A stretch of 64,000 nt of DNA, from assembly GCA_977030845.1 (NCBI GenBank), contig OZ365116.1, forward strand, positions 14,136,001 to 14,200,000, in the 5' to 3' direction. Positions 12,555-25,507 of the stretch are shown here, piece by piece. Within the stretch, counting starts at the first letter, position 1; each line of letters starts with the position of its first letter. Made by a program: the position numbers and the translations under genes. Origin of the DNA: Fimbriosthenelais zetlandica (lineage: Eukaryota). The notes beneath the pieces were generated by a model, which saw only the letters and a list, made by a program, of their open reading frames with translations, searched no databases and was not told the DNA's origin.

Positions 12555-15500
12555 ATGTAATACACATGCTCCATGGCTGGTAATTTCTGTCACAGCCAGG
12601 TGCACCATCTCTGTGCTGGCTTCACTCCAGCACATTGTTATCCCATCCACTTAACAGAAGCCAGCGTCCGCTCTTTTCAACTAAACTTCCGGCCATGCTT
12701 TGGCTGATTTCCAGACGAGCATGAATTGAGTGTGGAATCGAAAATAGTTTCTTCGAATTTCACATTGCAAAGATTGCAGGAAATTCAGTGAAAGGTCAAG
12801 TGCATACATTTCCAAGAATCATCTAGCACTTTATTGAAAAGAAAGTAAAAGGACAAAGCAACTGCACTCAGTTTCACAGAAATACCTCTCAGCGATGTGC
12901 CATGGAAGACCTTGGAGCCTTAAGTACCCAGCCAACAAAAAGTATGAGGACATCACCGAGCAGAATTCTACTCAGCTGGCTGTAAGCGATATGAAGGAAA
13001 TCTGTCTGACATTGCCTGAACGTGATTCGAAAAGGGACTCTTTTGACTGCAGGCGGGGACATGTGATATTTGAGTGTATATGGCAAAGCAATAGGGGACA
13101 ACACTCAGTAAAATTGCTTACTGTGGCCGAAAGATTGATATATGGCATCTATGTGGCATAGCAATGCTTGTATTCTTAGTGTAGCACAGACAGTTACACT
13201 GCATATAAATAAATGGGAAGGCACATTCCATCAAAATTCGTTGGATGATTCTCAAGAAATTCAACAGGTCTGCATAGACCTTAACAGATGGACTAGGAGA
13301 ATGGGAAGGAAAGCGGAGGGAGTGCAGTCGGCAAGCAATGTGTCCCTGGGGATGAGAGATGTGAAGAGAGCGGGATAGTTTATGGCTGGTTAGAAGGATA
13401 TAACCACATCCAGGGTGTGAAAACTCGTGGTTGATGGAAGAGGATGAGTCAGACAATAATACATCTGATTCTCCACCATTCTACCATCAAATCCCCACAG
13501 GATGTTAAAACTTTACTTCTCTTCTTTTTATGATCCATTTCCTCTCTTCTTTTATTACACTTGTCACTTCCCCTGTAGTTTATCTCTATTGTAAATCATT
13601 TAAATTCTCGCCTTCCTTCTAGAATTGAAGAATCCGCAACTTTGCGTAGCATTTCCAACCTTGTGTTATATAGGCAATAATCAATTGCCTTTAAACAGAC
13701 TTTCTATATCAAACAGCAATACCATCACACAATATACAATTTCATGAAAAGTGCTCAAATAAGTCTGTCTTATAATACATTCAGAGAGAATAAAAATACA
13801 CTTTCCCCACAAAACGCCTCACAGATCCAAAGATACATTTACCAGGTCAATCAACAACTGATGAAATATGGGAGAGAATGATATTACTTGAGATGGGATA
13901 AAGGACTAACATGAGCATATCATTACAGATATAATCAGACCTATCATCCACCCACTCCCCAGGGCCCCAAACATGGAACCCTAAATTATCCACCCCACTG
14001 AAAATACCCTCCGAGTATCATCCCATAAATTGCCTCCTGTTTTGTTGAGTGAATTAAAAACCCAGGGTTGTGCTGGGAGTCACCTGGGCACATTGGTTAC
14101 TGATGATTTAATAGGGAAATGTTTCTAGGGGCCAAGAGCAATTACTGCGGGAGGCGGAGCTAAAATAATCAGGAGATAAACTGGTAGAGTTCTACGTAAC
14201 AAAAATAAAGACCTCAGGGAGCATAGTAACCAACTAAATGACTATATTCTCCAAGAGTTAAAATGTAAACTCTATACTTTGAAATACTTCAGAATTCCTG
14301 TTTTACGACAGCTAGATGCCAATAGTCTTTACCCTTTAGCTGTTCAGAGGAATTTTGCGAGGATGGGACGGAAGGGACTAGGGCATTGAAATGAGGGCAT
14401 GACCATGCTAAACGATTACTCAGCCCTCTCACCTTTCCCCCTGGGAATTCAACAATCACTTCCACACGTAGACAATCGGATTTTCTCTGTTATTTGTCAA
14501 GGTGGAGGGTGACAGGTCGTAAATTTACCTGACATTAGACGTTATCATGTCGGGGCTGCGGGTGACGGTCATGAATGTAGCCGGGGCTTTAGATGAGCAC
14601 CATGATCCGATGAGACTGGATTGTCAGGGGAGTGACTGTCCCTAGTCACTCTGTCCTCTGTCACTCAGTCTAGCCCTGAGGCTGGCCTGAATTAACCAGT
14701 CACTTCTCACATTCATCAACCTATACCTCCTGCCTTTAACCCAGGGCTGGGGGGGCAACCTAACCCAAAACACGGGACAGACATTTCCCAAGTAAATCCT
14801 GAAAATTCCAATCTCAAACGTGAAACTGAATTTTAGGAAATCATTCAAGTATCTCCTTTGAATTTCAAAACTGCCTGATAAGCTTTGAAGGCCCATTTGT
14901 GTGAGAACATATGAATAGAATTTTTATAATCTCATCTCCATTTTAAGGCCTTCATTTCACAATGCACTATTCTCATAGGCATCGCTTCAATAATTCCTAA
15001 TCAGGCAATAGAAAGGATGGTGGGAAGAGAGACAGCTGCTGGCCATTTCCTTGCCACCGACATGCTGACTTAGCTATCATCACATCCCATACTGAGCAAA
15101 AACAGTAATGTGAACAACTTCACTAACTACTTCTAGTGCCTCTCCCCGTCTTTTTCCTCTGAATGTTTACACGATGTGATGTGCCAGCCTCAGAGCAATC
15201 TTAATGAAGTTATTGGATATGTTAGGTTATAACCGAGAACAACATGTAATTAGAGAAAGCATGGAAAATATCGATTCTTGCCTGGAGGCTAAGCATGTAA
15301 ATCATAAGAGCGCGGGGGACATTTTGTCGGGGAGAGATGGGACTCATCGGAGACATGGGAATTAATGTAAAGGAAGCTAGTCATCAATTGTTGTGACCCA
15401 CTTTCCCAGTTTACTGTCTCCTCCTAATCTTGCAGTCCCTATTTCACAAAATGTGGGACCTACAAATCTGTCAATATGTGACCTTCTTGCTGGCAGGATA

Positions 15501-16481
15501 CATACAGATACGCATTATATAGTCACATGGAAATGTCGCTGTGTGGGAATGCAGAAAGAGCATTGAGTGGAACTGTACTTCCTGCAGGGACATAAACAGA
15601 CGTTCAGCCTATAGAAAAGCCACCAGATCACATTGCTTTCACCTAAGTTCATTTCTGGGTGGGTTTTTATTGTAAAGAGAAGGCAGAAATGTGCCTGAGA
15701 ATATTGCAATATAGCCCAACAGTGGTCGAGGCAACAGTATACAGCTTTATGTGTACCTTAAAAGATATAGTGGCATGCGAGGGTGGGTATAAAACTGCAG
15801 GAGGAATCAGTCAGCGATTCCCAAGTGCTGTAAACTCGCCACATATGCTTTAACATGTTCTTTGGAACTATAAAGAGAACTGACTTTGGGGATTTCATCT
15901 CTGCTCGTTCAGTCCTTCCTTTACATCAGTTCTTGTCCTGCATCATACCACCCTAACAGACCATGTGTATACTACTTAATGCCAGACATGGTTCTGGCAT
16001 CCCGGGAAAAATTGAGGTCATCTGAGCACATGTGCAGGGATCAAGCACTTGACAGACATACGTCTGCACCTCGAGTACTTCCTACCAATTTCTCGAATCG
16101 GATTCCCGATAAGAACCGATCGATGAGCGCTGTCTGCGCTCAGAAAAATGACCTTCGACTGAAAGGTCATGTTTGCGAGGCAGTGGTGTATGCAAGTAAG
16201 ATTACCACGTAAATGGAAGACCAGTATTTTTGTAAAACTGATCTGTGTATTGAAAACCAGCCTATTTGTGAGGGTGACGAGGCCTCTTCCATCACTCTCA
16301 ATTCTACATTTGAGCTCCACTTTCATTGCTTCACCATGTGAATGTTTTATAAAGAGGTTGCCAACTTGAGGGCTGATGAAATCTTTGAGTTTAATGAGCA
16401 TGAAAGAGTGAAAGTGGAAAAAATGCTTATTCCATCAATTATCGTCTGTTGGCAGCTTGGTTGTCAGCTGTCAGGTTGTGG

Positions 16482-16497
16482 TGACGTCATGACGTCA
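16482..16497. promoter_or_regulatory. Two abutting perfect CRE sites
   Basis: TGACGTCATGACGTCA, a 16-bp palindrome, with a further TGACG half-site at ~16512. Confidence 0.35.
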
Positions 16498-19400
16498 GAC
16501 ACATGTCACCATGACGTGAACATGTCCCTAGTTAGCCGCCAGTATTAGTCACTGGTCCGGCAGGTTGAAAAAGATGAGACCCCTTAACAATGAGCAGTTT
16601 AAAAATACTAAGGAACAAAGCAAAGGTAACAAACTAAATAATGTCATATGAAATTGATGATATACTGATGATAAACTTGAAGCAATAGGCTGCTTCACAA
16701 GTGTGTTGGATGACAGTCTAATAAAGCGGGATTCGGACTGAACTGGCCGTACCAGCTTGTGCTGAGACTGCTTGCTGGCTAGCTTAGTGGCAAGCAGTTT
16801 GGATGCCCGGGTAAAACATATTAACTTATTTGAGGGCCTCCAGGTTTCCTAACTGACTTGACTACACAAGTGAGATTTTCTAGATGCAAGTGGGCCATCA
16901 ATAATTCACTCCAGAATACTGACCAACCCCAATGTCAAGGCTTTAATGCAGTCTTGTCAGAAATTCAGCACGAAATACACCCCTCCCTTACCTCTCCTTG
17001 TCTCTCCTCCCCATGGATTCAGTGAGAGCCCGAGTCAAGGATTGACATATCCATCAAATATGGTCCACTCCATTTTCAGCATGTGGGAAACATGTGGAGT
17101 AGAGGATGCTGATCACGTGGGTCAGGTATAAGAGGGCTGCCAATAAAGGTCCCTCACCAGTCAGGCTACTATAGGTCCACGAGGCGTGCACCTTTCAATC
17201 ACTGAACGTGAGAGGAGTCAGCAAGGACGGTAAAAGCCATACATACTACTTCTGCAGAGGACACAGATTTCCAGCACGGAATAATTTCTACAGTCAGATC
17301 TAAAATTTGTCAGAAAAAAGTATGCGCCAAGTATTTAGCATTGGTAACCTGGCAGGAGGATTAGGACTGCACTCTATCAGTGGATTGAGGATGTACTCAA
17401 CAAATATATCCCGTTTCAATGGCTCTACCCTATGAATCCTCAATCAGCGCTGTCCTTAATACCTCTCCTCTCCCTCTTTCTCACATCCTAAGCTTCAATA
17501 CTGCCTTATCTTGCCCTCTCCCCCTTCATAAACTACAGCCTCCTGTGATGTTCCCCTCCAACTTTGGAGGAATGCCATGTACAGAGTACACACAAAGCAT
17601 CTCATTGCCATGGAGACACGTGCTCACGTGACCTTGCTTCTCTAACCTTGTGTGACCTTGACCCTTCCCCGTCCTCCTGACCTTCCTCTCAGTTAGTTCC
17701 CTCTCTCCAAGCACCATTGATACATGGCATTGCAATCAATGCAAAGTCAATCCCAAAAGCTCCGGCGGCGCGATCTGTTTTGGCTGCCGTTAACACTCTT
17801 TCAAATTTGGTCTGAAGCCAAATGGATTAAGAGATGTGAACAATCGGGATGGGTTTTAAAAGGTAAGAAAAGGACGGTGAGTGCGGGCTGCATGGGCAGG
17901 TCTTGAATCATGGCCGCACATTGAGGCAATGCCAAGGCCATGAATTACACAGGCACTTCACAAACTAAAGGCACCACAATATTGGCATCAAATATGACTA
18001 TTCACTATCACAATTTATATCCTCTCCATCTATAATTATATTTGATGACTCATCACTGATATCCTGAAGGATAAAATAATGATGATAATTGTTTCAGCAC
18101 ATTATATCATTGGATCTTTGATTGAGTTACGGCTGGGTAAGCATGATGCTTCTTCTCACGCATTGCGATGCTTTTGTTGCCGCTATGTGTCAATGATTCA
18201 CCTTCAATGCAAGTGATCAAATTGATCTGTTAATGAATCAACACTTCCCCAGCCAACCTTCACAGGATCTATTGGCAATTGTTTAATATTAGCTAATAAA
18301 TTGGTCAGCTGTTAAATTGGTTACTGGGAACCCCAAAGTGTGTTGGGGTCATACCAATAAAATTCGTCTGTCTGCTCCTTAAAATTTGTACATCATTTTC
18401 TACAGTTGGCTGGATAATAATTAATGAAGGGGTAAATAAATGCAGGGAAGACCAGCCGCACAGATGAGTCAGAGAAGGTGTGAAGTAAAGATAATCAATG
18501 ATAAATCAATAGAGAGGACAGGAAATACATGCAGGAGCAGATGGGTCTATCGACAGTACGGCAAGGTGCAATGGTGAAGTGCGCCGAGTGTGATTCACCG
18601 AGCAACAAGAGGCGAGGAGAGAATACTTCCTAAATGTAAAACTCAGGGAAGGTTCAGCCTCTTCTTTCTCGTTGACCTTTATGACCCAGTTTATATACTG
18701 ACCTTGGCCGACAAATACAAGCCTTCAGTTTTCAACAGTCAGCCTGTCCTTCAAGCATCAGTTTGCGTGCTCGCAGGTTTAAGATTGTATGTCTTGCCAC
18801 TAGAGGCGGTATCAAAACCAGCCCTACTTCCATGTTAACCTTGAGAGGGGCAGCTTACAGGTGAGGCTAACGACCATTACATTTAAATGAAGTGCAAGAT
18901 TAATAGATCAAAAGATATTTTCACACTTGGGAGGTTTCATCTGGGAATGGGAACATATACGTGACCAATGGCTATGTCTGGTCTGGCATGAAAGGTGGAG
19001 CATTATTGACTAATTTTACTAACATTCAACCCCGCATATTGACATAACTGTAGCCTTGCTGAGATATCATGCGATATAAGCCGTCATCATTGTATTAACT
19101 CCTACCACCTCCTACATCTCCCCCACTCCCACCCTGTCCTCAAAATCACAAATGTCCCTCTGTCCAAATATTGACGCCGCCTGGACCATGAGAGGCGCAG
19201 AACGCGGCTGATGTAATTTGGCCACCTGCCGGCCAGCTTTGCACTCATTGAAGGCACCATTACAGCCACTGTAATCATCCTTACTGAAATGGCGCCAAAA
19301 GTCGGAGGTGGGTGTAATTGCTTTCTGGAGTCGGTGTTTCAGAACAAAGCTCGCCATTGCCTCAATGCACAGGGCCCTCATGGAACTTCCTCCAGTAATG

Positions 19401-20744
19401 GATCAGGGTCATCGATCGCCGTCACTCCGGTGTCTAACCAATGGGAAAGAGAGAGGACAGGATGTGTGGCCACGGTCAGTGAGAGGGTCAGCTGATCGAC
19501 CCACGGACCCTTATCCAAGATGGCCGTACTTGTCATTAAGATTGATCATGCCGTTCTCTTTTTGTGAGGTTGAGAGGGTACCTGTCTGCAGACAGCCTCT
19601 CCCAGTGTTACGCTTCTCAACACGACACGCTCATTTCACCACCAATTCTGAGCACGTACTTCCGGTTGGACGGTAGGATACGACATTGGAGTTTCTCAAG
19701 CACTTCTCATTACAAGATCGACCTTTTAGGGCAAGAGTTACCACTCCTACTCCCTTCACCAGTCAGCCTGTTCCTTCAACAGTCACTGCATAGATCTTCA
19801 GAGTTGAATCCTGAAGTAGTCTCAGGTTGGGAGAGAACAGAATTTGCAAGCAGCAAAGCTCACAATTCAGATCCATCTTCAATAAAGACTTGTCTTTAAA
19901 GTAATCATTACCTGTTAGAGTATGAATATTTTATACCCTCTCTGGTTACATCTTAGTAACCGAGTTCGAGACAAAGGAGAGCGAGTTTGGATAAAGAGGT
20001 TAAAAAAAGAAAGCAAAGACCTCAGGTTTCCAGTACTCTCCTAGAAATGATCATGAAGCACCCTCCTTATCACAGGCCAGCACATTTCCTCTGGAAGGAA
20101 AAAGTAGTGCCCGGGGGCACACAGTTGTGAAGAGGGTTTGCCTTGAGGAAATCCCTCCGCCAGACAAACGAGTTCCCCAAGTAAGGAATGGATTTCCTGT
20201 GATTAGCCACCTCATTGTTTCATCTGGAAGAAAGTCTGATCAATACCTGGTAGGACCCAGCATTGATGATGCTATTTGGTTCCTCTAGGTGGCGTCCATG
20301 TGTGAAGATGCACTGAGCATGTGCAGAATGGACCAATCATGGGGCAGGACATGGCGGCAATATTTCCTGGCTAATAAACCCGACACGCCATAAAACATGT
20401 ATTGACATCCGGCCCTCCGCCTACATTCACCCTTTATAAGGAGGCCAAATAGTAGATCAGAGTAGGGATAAGTCAAAATCTTATACCAAAAAACACTGGA
20501 AACTCACATAGAAATCTCTGCCATATACAGAATTTGAGTACTAAAATTACTTTCATATTCTTGAACTGATTATCAGCAAATCATAGCAATTGTTCTTAGC
20601 TTCTAACAGCTCTGAAAGTGAATATCCAGGAGGGTTCCCTGAATGGAATTATTGGAGCAGTAGGGAGGGGTAGATGGCTCAAGTCAATCCTATCACATGA
20701 CCAGATCCCACTACCCTGACCACCCACATGACCAACGACACCAC

Positions 20745-20822
20745 TCCCCGGAAGTGACACCGCCAGAGGGCGGAAGTCAAGGTCAAAGTGGAGGTCAGAG
20801 ATCAAGGTCGAGACGAAGGTCA
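20745..20822 (+). promoter_or_regulatory. Motif cluster: CTCF consensus, ETS sites and repeated AGGTCA half-sites
   Basis: CCGCCAGAGGGCGG (20760-20773, 14/14 to CCRSYAGRKGGCRS). CGGAAGT lies on both sides. AGGTCA/G at 20780, 20792, 20805 and 20817. Confidence 0.4.
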
Positions 20823-21963
20823 CGGCTGTGTCTGTGCAGATATTTGTCGCTGACAAGTGGGGCTGGAATTATGGTGCATTCTGACAAGTGAGGGATCCGG
20901 CAAGATTCCGATAACACTCAGAATTTAATTTGTTCCTGATTATCTTGCAAAGCAGATCAGATTTCCCATCAGTTTCAGTGCAACCTCAGCAATTTTGGAC
21001 CTGAGAAAAAGATAACTTTCCATATACTACTCACGATAGTAGTACAGGGAAAGAGTGAATAGAAGATGGCTATTATTCTTACTCCTGGGAATCAGTATGT
21101 CCCTACATTCCTACACACTTTTACACATGATTTACTCTTATATTCCACATACTGATCAAGGTGATCTGCACTGAAGGCCCTCCCTTTGATTCCGTCCCGT
21201 GCTGACAGATCATACTAATTAGGCCTAGTGAGGCTAGGAGTGGAACCAACCCTCTGCCTCCATACAACCTCCCAAACTAAAAAATCAGGACCAACAACTT
21301 TAAAAATCCATTTATCTCATCCAATTAATCTTGCAGTAGAGGGAAACTCCACCTACATATAGGCTGTAGCATTTAACACTCATTATTGTTAATCCATTTG
21401 TAAAATTCCCTCAAATCAGTTCAGCCATAACCCACTAAGATACCATATATGAATTAACTGGCGCTGGAGGATAGCTGTTATTCAGCACAGAACTATACAC
21501 CAAGAAATATACGCCTTGCCTGATTCAGTGACAGGAAGGTTGGTGACGTCACTGTCATGACATGAGGAGAGGTGAAGGCCAGGTCACGGGTACTGGTGAC
21601 AAACACGGCCCTGTAGAAGGCGCTCCACTACATGAAAGGCGAGCTCATGTACACTTCTCCCGTAATGGGCAAAAAAAAACTCTGTGGCGCATCTCTCATT
21701 ATATCAACTTATATATCAAAGCCATAGAAAAAACCTTTACAACACTCTATGAAAAATGTCATAATATCTTGCTTATTACATCTATCACAATTTTAGAGCC
21801 TGACATTTTGCTGACATTTTCTATGTGGCCCTCCCTTCAATAAATACATGAATCTAAGAGTCGTAACAATAATATGTTCATGGTTTGATGTGTGCAACGA
21901 AAATTATGTTTGCAATGAAAAAATGACAAAGTGAAATGTTGAAATCAGTACAAAAACACTTAC

Positions 21964-22528
21964 CGAGGAATTAAGGGAAGTATGTGACCTAAATTCAAAA
22001 GGGAACGAAGTTATCTACTTACAGAAGAGAAACAATGTATGACATTATGAAATAAAGCTCACCTTACATCTACCGCTGCTGCTGTGCTGGAAGGGTGTAG
22101 GTGGGATTCCACTGTCTTCTGAATGGATTCAATGACTCTGTGAAGAAATTACAGTTTCAAAGATGTCCTAAAGAAAGGAGATAGAATGCATGTCACTCGT
22201 TAAAAAGCAATATTTCAAACTTTTGAATTTGATTCTTCAAGAAAAGTCTTAATGAAGATAGAAATACACTATTAAGATTACTGGTATTAGTACTCACATT
22301 TGGCACTTGTTGATGCTTCCTTGTAGCAGAGCCAACATATATACACAAGACTCTTGCCACTCGGACTTCTACCACTTCCTGGAATAAGAAAGATTATATT
22401 AAATGACAAGAAACCATGTAAATATAAAAAATATCAGAGAGAATACATTGAGGTAATTATCTGTGAGTCTAAATTGAAGGATAACGATTTAGACTAACAG
22501 ACTGAGTCAGATATTTCATAATCTCACC
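21964..22528 (-). other. Cluster of small candidate exons downstream of the SASH1-like poly(A) site (donor after 22528; exons 22378-22298, 22137[or 22167]-22063, 21988-21964)
   Basis: Canonical sites: CAG|gtgaga; ctttcttattccag...AAT|gtgagt; atttcttcacag or tcctttctttag...AAG|gtgagc; cccttttgaatttag...TCG|gtaagt. Introns are 74-160 nt. Confidence 0.45.
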
Positions 22529-22636
22529 TGCTATTAGGGAGAACTTTTTTCCTCGACATCTCAGATCCTTAACGCTAACAACATTTAACGGAACAAGAAC
22601 AGTAACAAAAACTTAACATCTTAAGTATCTTTTGAT

Positions 22637-22656
22637 ATATTTATTGAAATAAATAT
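22637..22656. terminator. Candidate poly(A) element of the SASH1-like 3' UTR, palindromic (AATAAA on both strands)
   Basis: Sequence is atatttatt-ga-aataaatat. Minus-strand AATAAA at 22645-22640 is followed on the minus strand by a GU/U-rich element (gtttttgttactgttcttgttcc). Plus-strand AATAAA is at 22648-22653. Confidence 0.5.
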
Positions 22657-24623
22657 ATTTTGCAACTTGCATATATATGGAGTATGTGCATGGGTCGTTG
22701 ATATAGCACTGTCAGGTGAAGAACTATAGAGGAGAGATAAGAGAGACTTTCCTGTTAACTCAGGTAGAGATAAATAAAAACATGTATACACATGTTAAAC
22801 ATCACATGCTTAATATGACATCTCGTGTATGATTCCACTGTAAACTAAACATTGCAAATATATAAAATTAGGCTGCCAAGATGAACTTTATAAGTTTCTG
22901 GCAGTGCCACCTTCATAACTAAGAAAGACTTCCACCAGTCTGTCCAAATTATCTTCCTTCAAGAGTCCAATAAAATAACTTATTTTAGAAGAGAAGCATA
23001 TCTTCATCACGAAAACGTTGTGAACCGCCTTCGTTGCTTGCTGGATTCTTAAATATATAACTAAACGAAGCAACAAAACTGGAATATCAACATTAAACCT
23101 TAACTTATGGTCTAGAAAAATACTTGTGGATCTTTAAAAGATGCTTACTTGATATCCATTCTGTGGATCCAAATCATCAGAAAGCTAAAATTAAACAAAA
23201 TCCTTGCATAGACAAGACATGCAGACACAGACGTCAAAAGCCAACAGAAATATGTGTTCTAGACAGCAATGTGATATGTCGTGCTTTACCATTATTGACA
23301 TAACCTTCGGAAGATAACAAAATTAACAATGGCATATCAAAAAGATTTTCCATTCCTTGAATCAAAGACATCCAATCAAATTATGAATTTTCATTTGCAG
23401 TGAAATAGATATAAAATACTCCAATAGAATTTCATGACGTATTTTGGGGTTAAAACCATAATAGTTATTCTCATCTAACTGTCTTCAGATGCATTCTCTA
23501 GCTTAACATGACTATAACATTCAGAGATAACTACAAAGAAATCTGTTTGACAGACTTTCGTTTTGATTTACCCTATTGGTGTAAGGACCTAGGGACATAG
23601 GTCTCTATCAACTTCTGTGAATATGAATCATACCCAGAACTTAACTTTCATTAAATGAAAGTTTCTCTCCCTATCATTCAACGAGGTACCCTGTAGTAAC
23701 AGCATTAGATAAACATTATTGACGGGTGAATTTAGTAGAAGCAGCAAACATCTGTATCCCTAAGTGACAGACAAGACTGAAAATTAAATTGACAATCGCT
23801 TCTCGCCCTCAAGGGTATTTCACTTTTAGTGTTAATACCTTTCGCCAAAAAGATTTTTAAAGGATCATTTCGATGATTGAAACCTTCACTTACATTAAAT
23901 TTTCCAATGATATCCAGATTATTGATGCTAACATATCATACAATGAAGATAGATGCTCTGAAACAATCTCTTTTTTAAATTGTATAAATCCATTTGTAAT
24001 AATGTTCTAAGTAAGAAGACCGTGACCTTTCACTGTAGGAGTGATACTTTGTGCTGTTGTCTGTCTAGACTTTTCACTCTAATATTTCAGTGAAATAACT
24101 GGTTTGAATAGTGAAGGGATTGCGTTTTAACACAAGGATATCATATCATATGGACATCATTTTCACGTAATAACCTGATATCTGAACATTGTGTCTTCAA
24201 GCAGTGATAATACAGAGAAGAGATAGGTCATACAGGGCTTCAACACAGCAATGGTTTAGTCCTCTACATTCTATAGTTTATGTACATCACAAAAGCGAGG
24301 AAACTCCAAGTACCTTTATAATGGACCCTTACATAAATACACAGATTGTATTCATATAAGATAACATGGGAGTAAATGGAGTCGACTGAAGTGCTCCCCT
24401 ACATCACAAAACACATATCAAAGATCTGCTAATCTGATACTCTCTTATTTTAAGCAGTCCCACGACTGTTCAAGAACTGCATATTATCCATAGCTATCAC
24501 ACAGTTCTTTCAATATCTGAGTAACATATTTATGTAACTTTTCAGAACATGTAGCATTTTATATATTATGTATAGTCAAGCAGAGTATATATAGTTATAT
24601 TCATTAACTAAGATTCGAACCCA

Positions 24624-25507
24624 TTATACTTTATCGCGAACACTGGATATTTTACCAAGGCGTTGGCCAGATACTTGCTTATTAGCATCTGTGCCATGTT
24701 GCTTTGCTGAGCTCCCGTCTTGAGTTGGAGAAGCACTAGTTGGTGGTCTGAATGTTGTAATTGCTGAACCATTAGACACACTGGCAGTGTTGGTAGCAGG
24801 TAATGACACTGTACGTACTGGGACCTTTGGTTTGGGAGGTTTAGTTAACTGTCCTGAGCCAGTACTGGCTCGCTGTTGTCGGTTTCGTGCGGGCGACTCA
24901 TCCCCATTCTCAAACTTCCTCCTCAATGGAGATGAAGAAGAACTGTCCATATCAGAAGAGACAGCGGAATCGCTGCTCTGACTTTTTTTACCATTGTCTC
25001 CGTCACTGCTGTCAATGAGGGAGCGCCTGGTCAGGTTGGGGCTGGTACAGGTGCCTGTAGAGGTCCGGTATTTTACCTTTAACACATCCTGAGAGGGTAA
25101 GATACCAGGGTCTGCCTTATCACTACTCACACCATTAGCTGTCACTGGTCTAATCCACCTGGAATGCATTGAGGTTTCATTGTTCTGACTGTTATTAGAG
25201 ATGGTTATGTTTTGGTTATTATTTGTGTTTTTATCAGAAGGTTGGCCGGAGACAGCCCTCAAGGTGCCATCGTCAGTGCCATCTCCACCACTGGACTCTG
25301 GGTCAGATATGGTAGCGTGTTGAAGGTTCAGTTCATCACTGCTCGACTCTGACTCACCCACTCCGTGGGGGGTCTGTGACTTAGAGTTTAGCGACGTAAC
25401 TCCTACAGTGTCGTGTTGAGACTCGCAGGATGAGAGGCCGGACTGAGACTGACTGGAGGCGATAGACGTTAGATCGGGCGGGAAGGAGGACGATTCCAGA
25501 GACTGGT
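24624..25507 (-). CDS. SASH1: SASH1-like probable terminal coding exon, Ser/Thr-rich disordered tail with a PxxPxR motif
   Basis: Acceptor gttgctgttttcag, phase 1 fits the SAM exon. Open for 294 codons to TAA at 24626-24624. Contains KPPKPKVPVR. Confidence 0.82.

Noticed and set aside
19112-19381. 89-aa protein-looking ORF in a GC-richer patch
   Set aside because: An in-frame stop lies 8 codons upstream, there is no usable splice acceptor, and I recognise no family.
4800-21500. Numerous 60-130 aa ORFs on both strands
   Set aside because: No homology recognised, no consistent splice-phase chain, and lengths are as expected by chance; the same applies to most ORFs in 44-64 kb.
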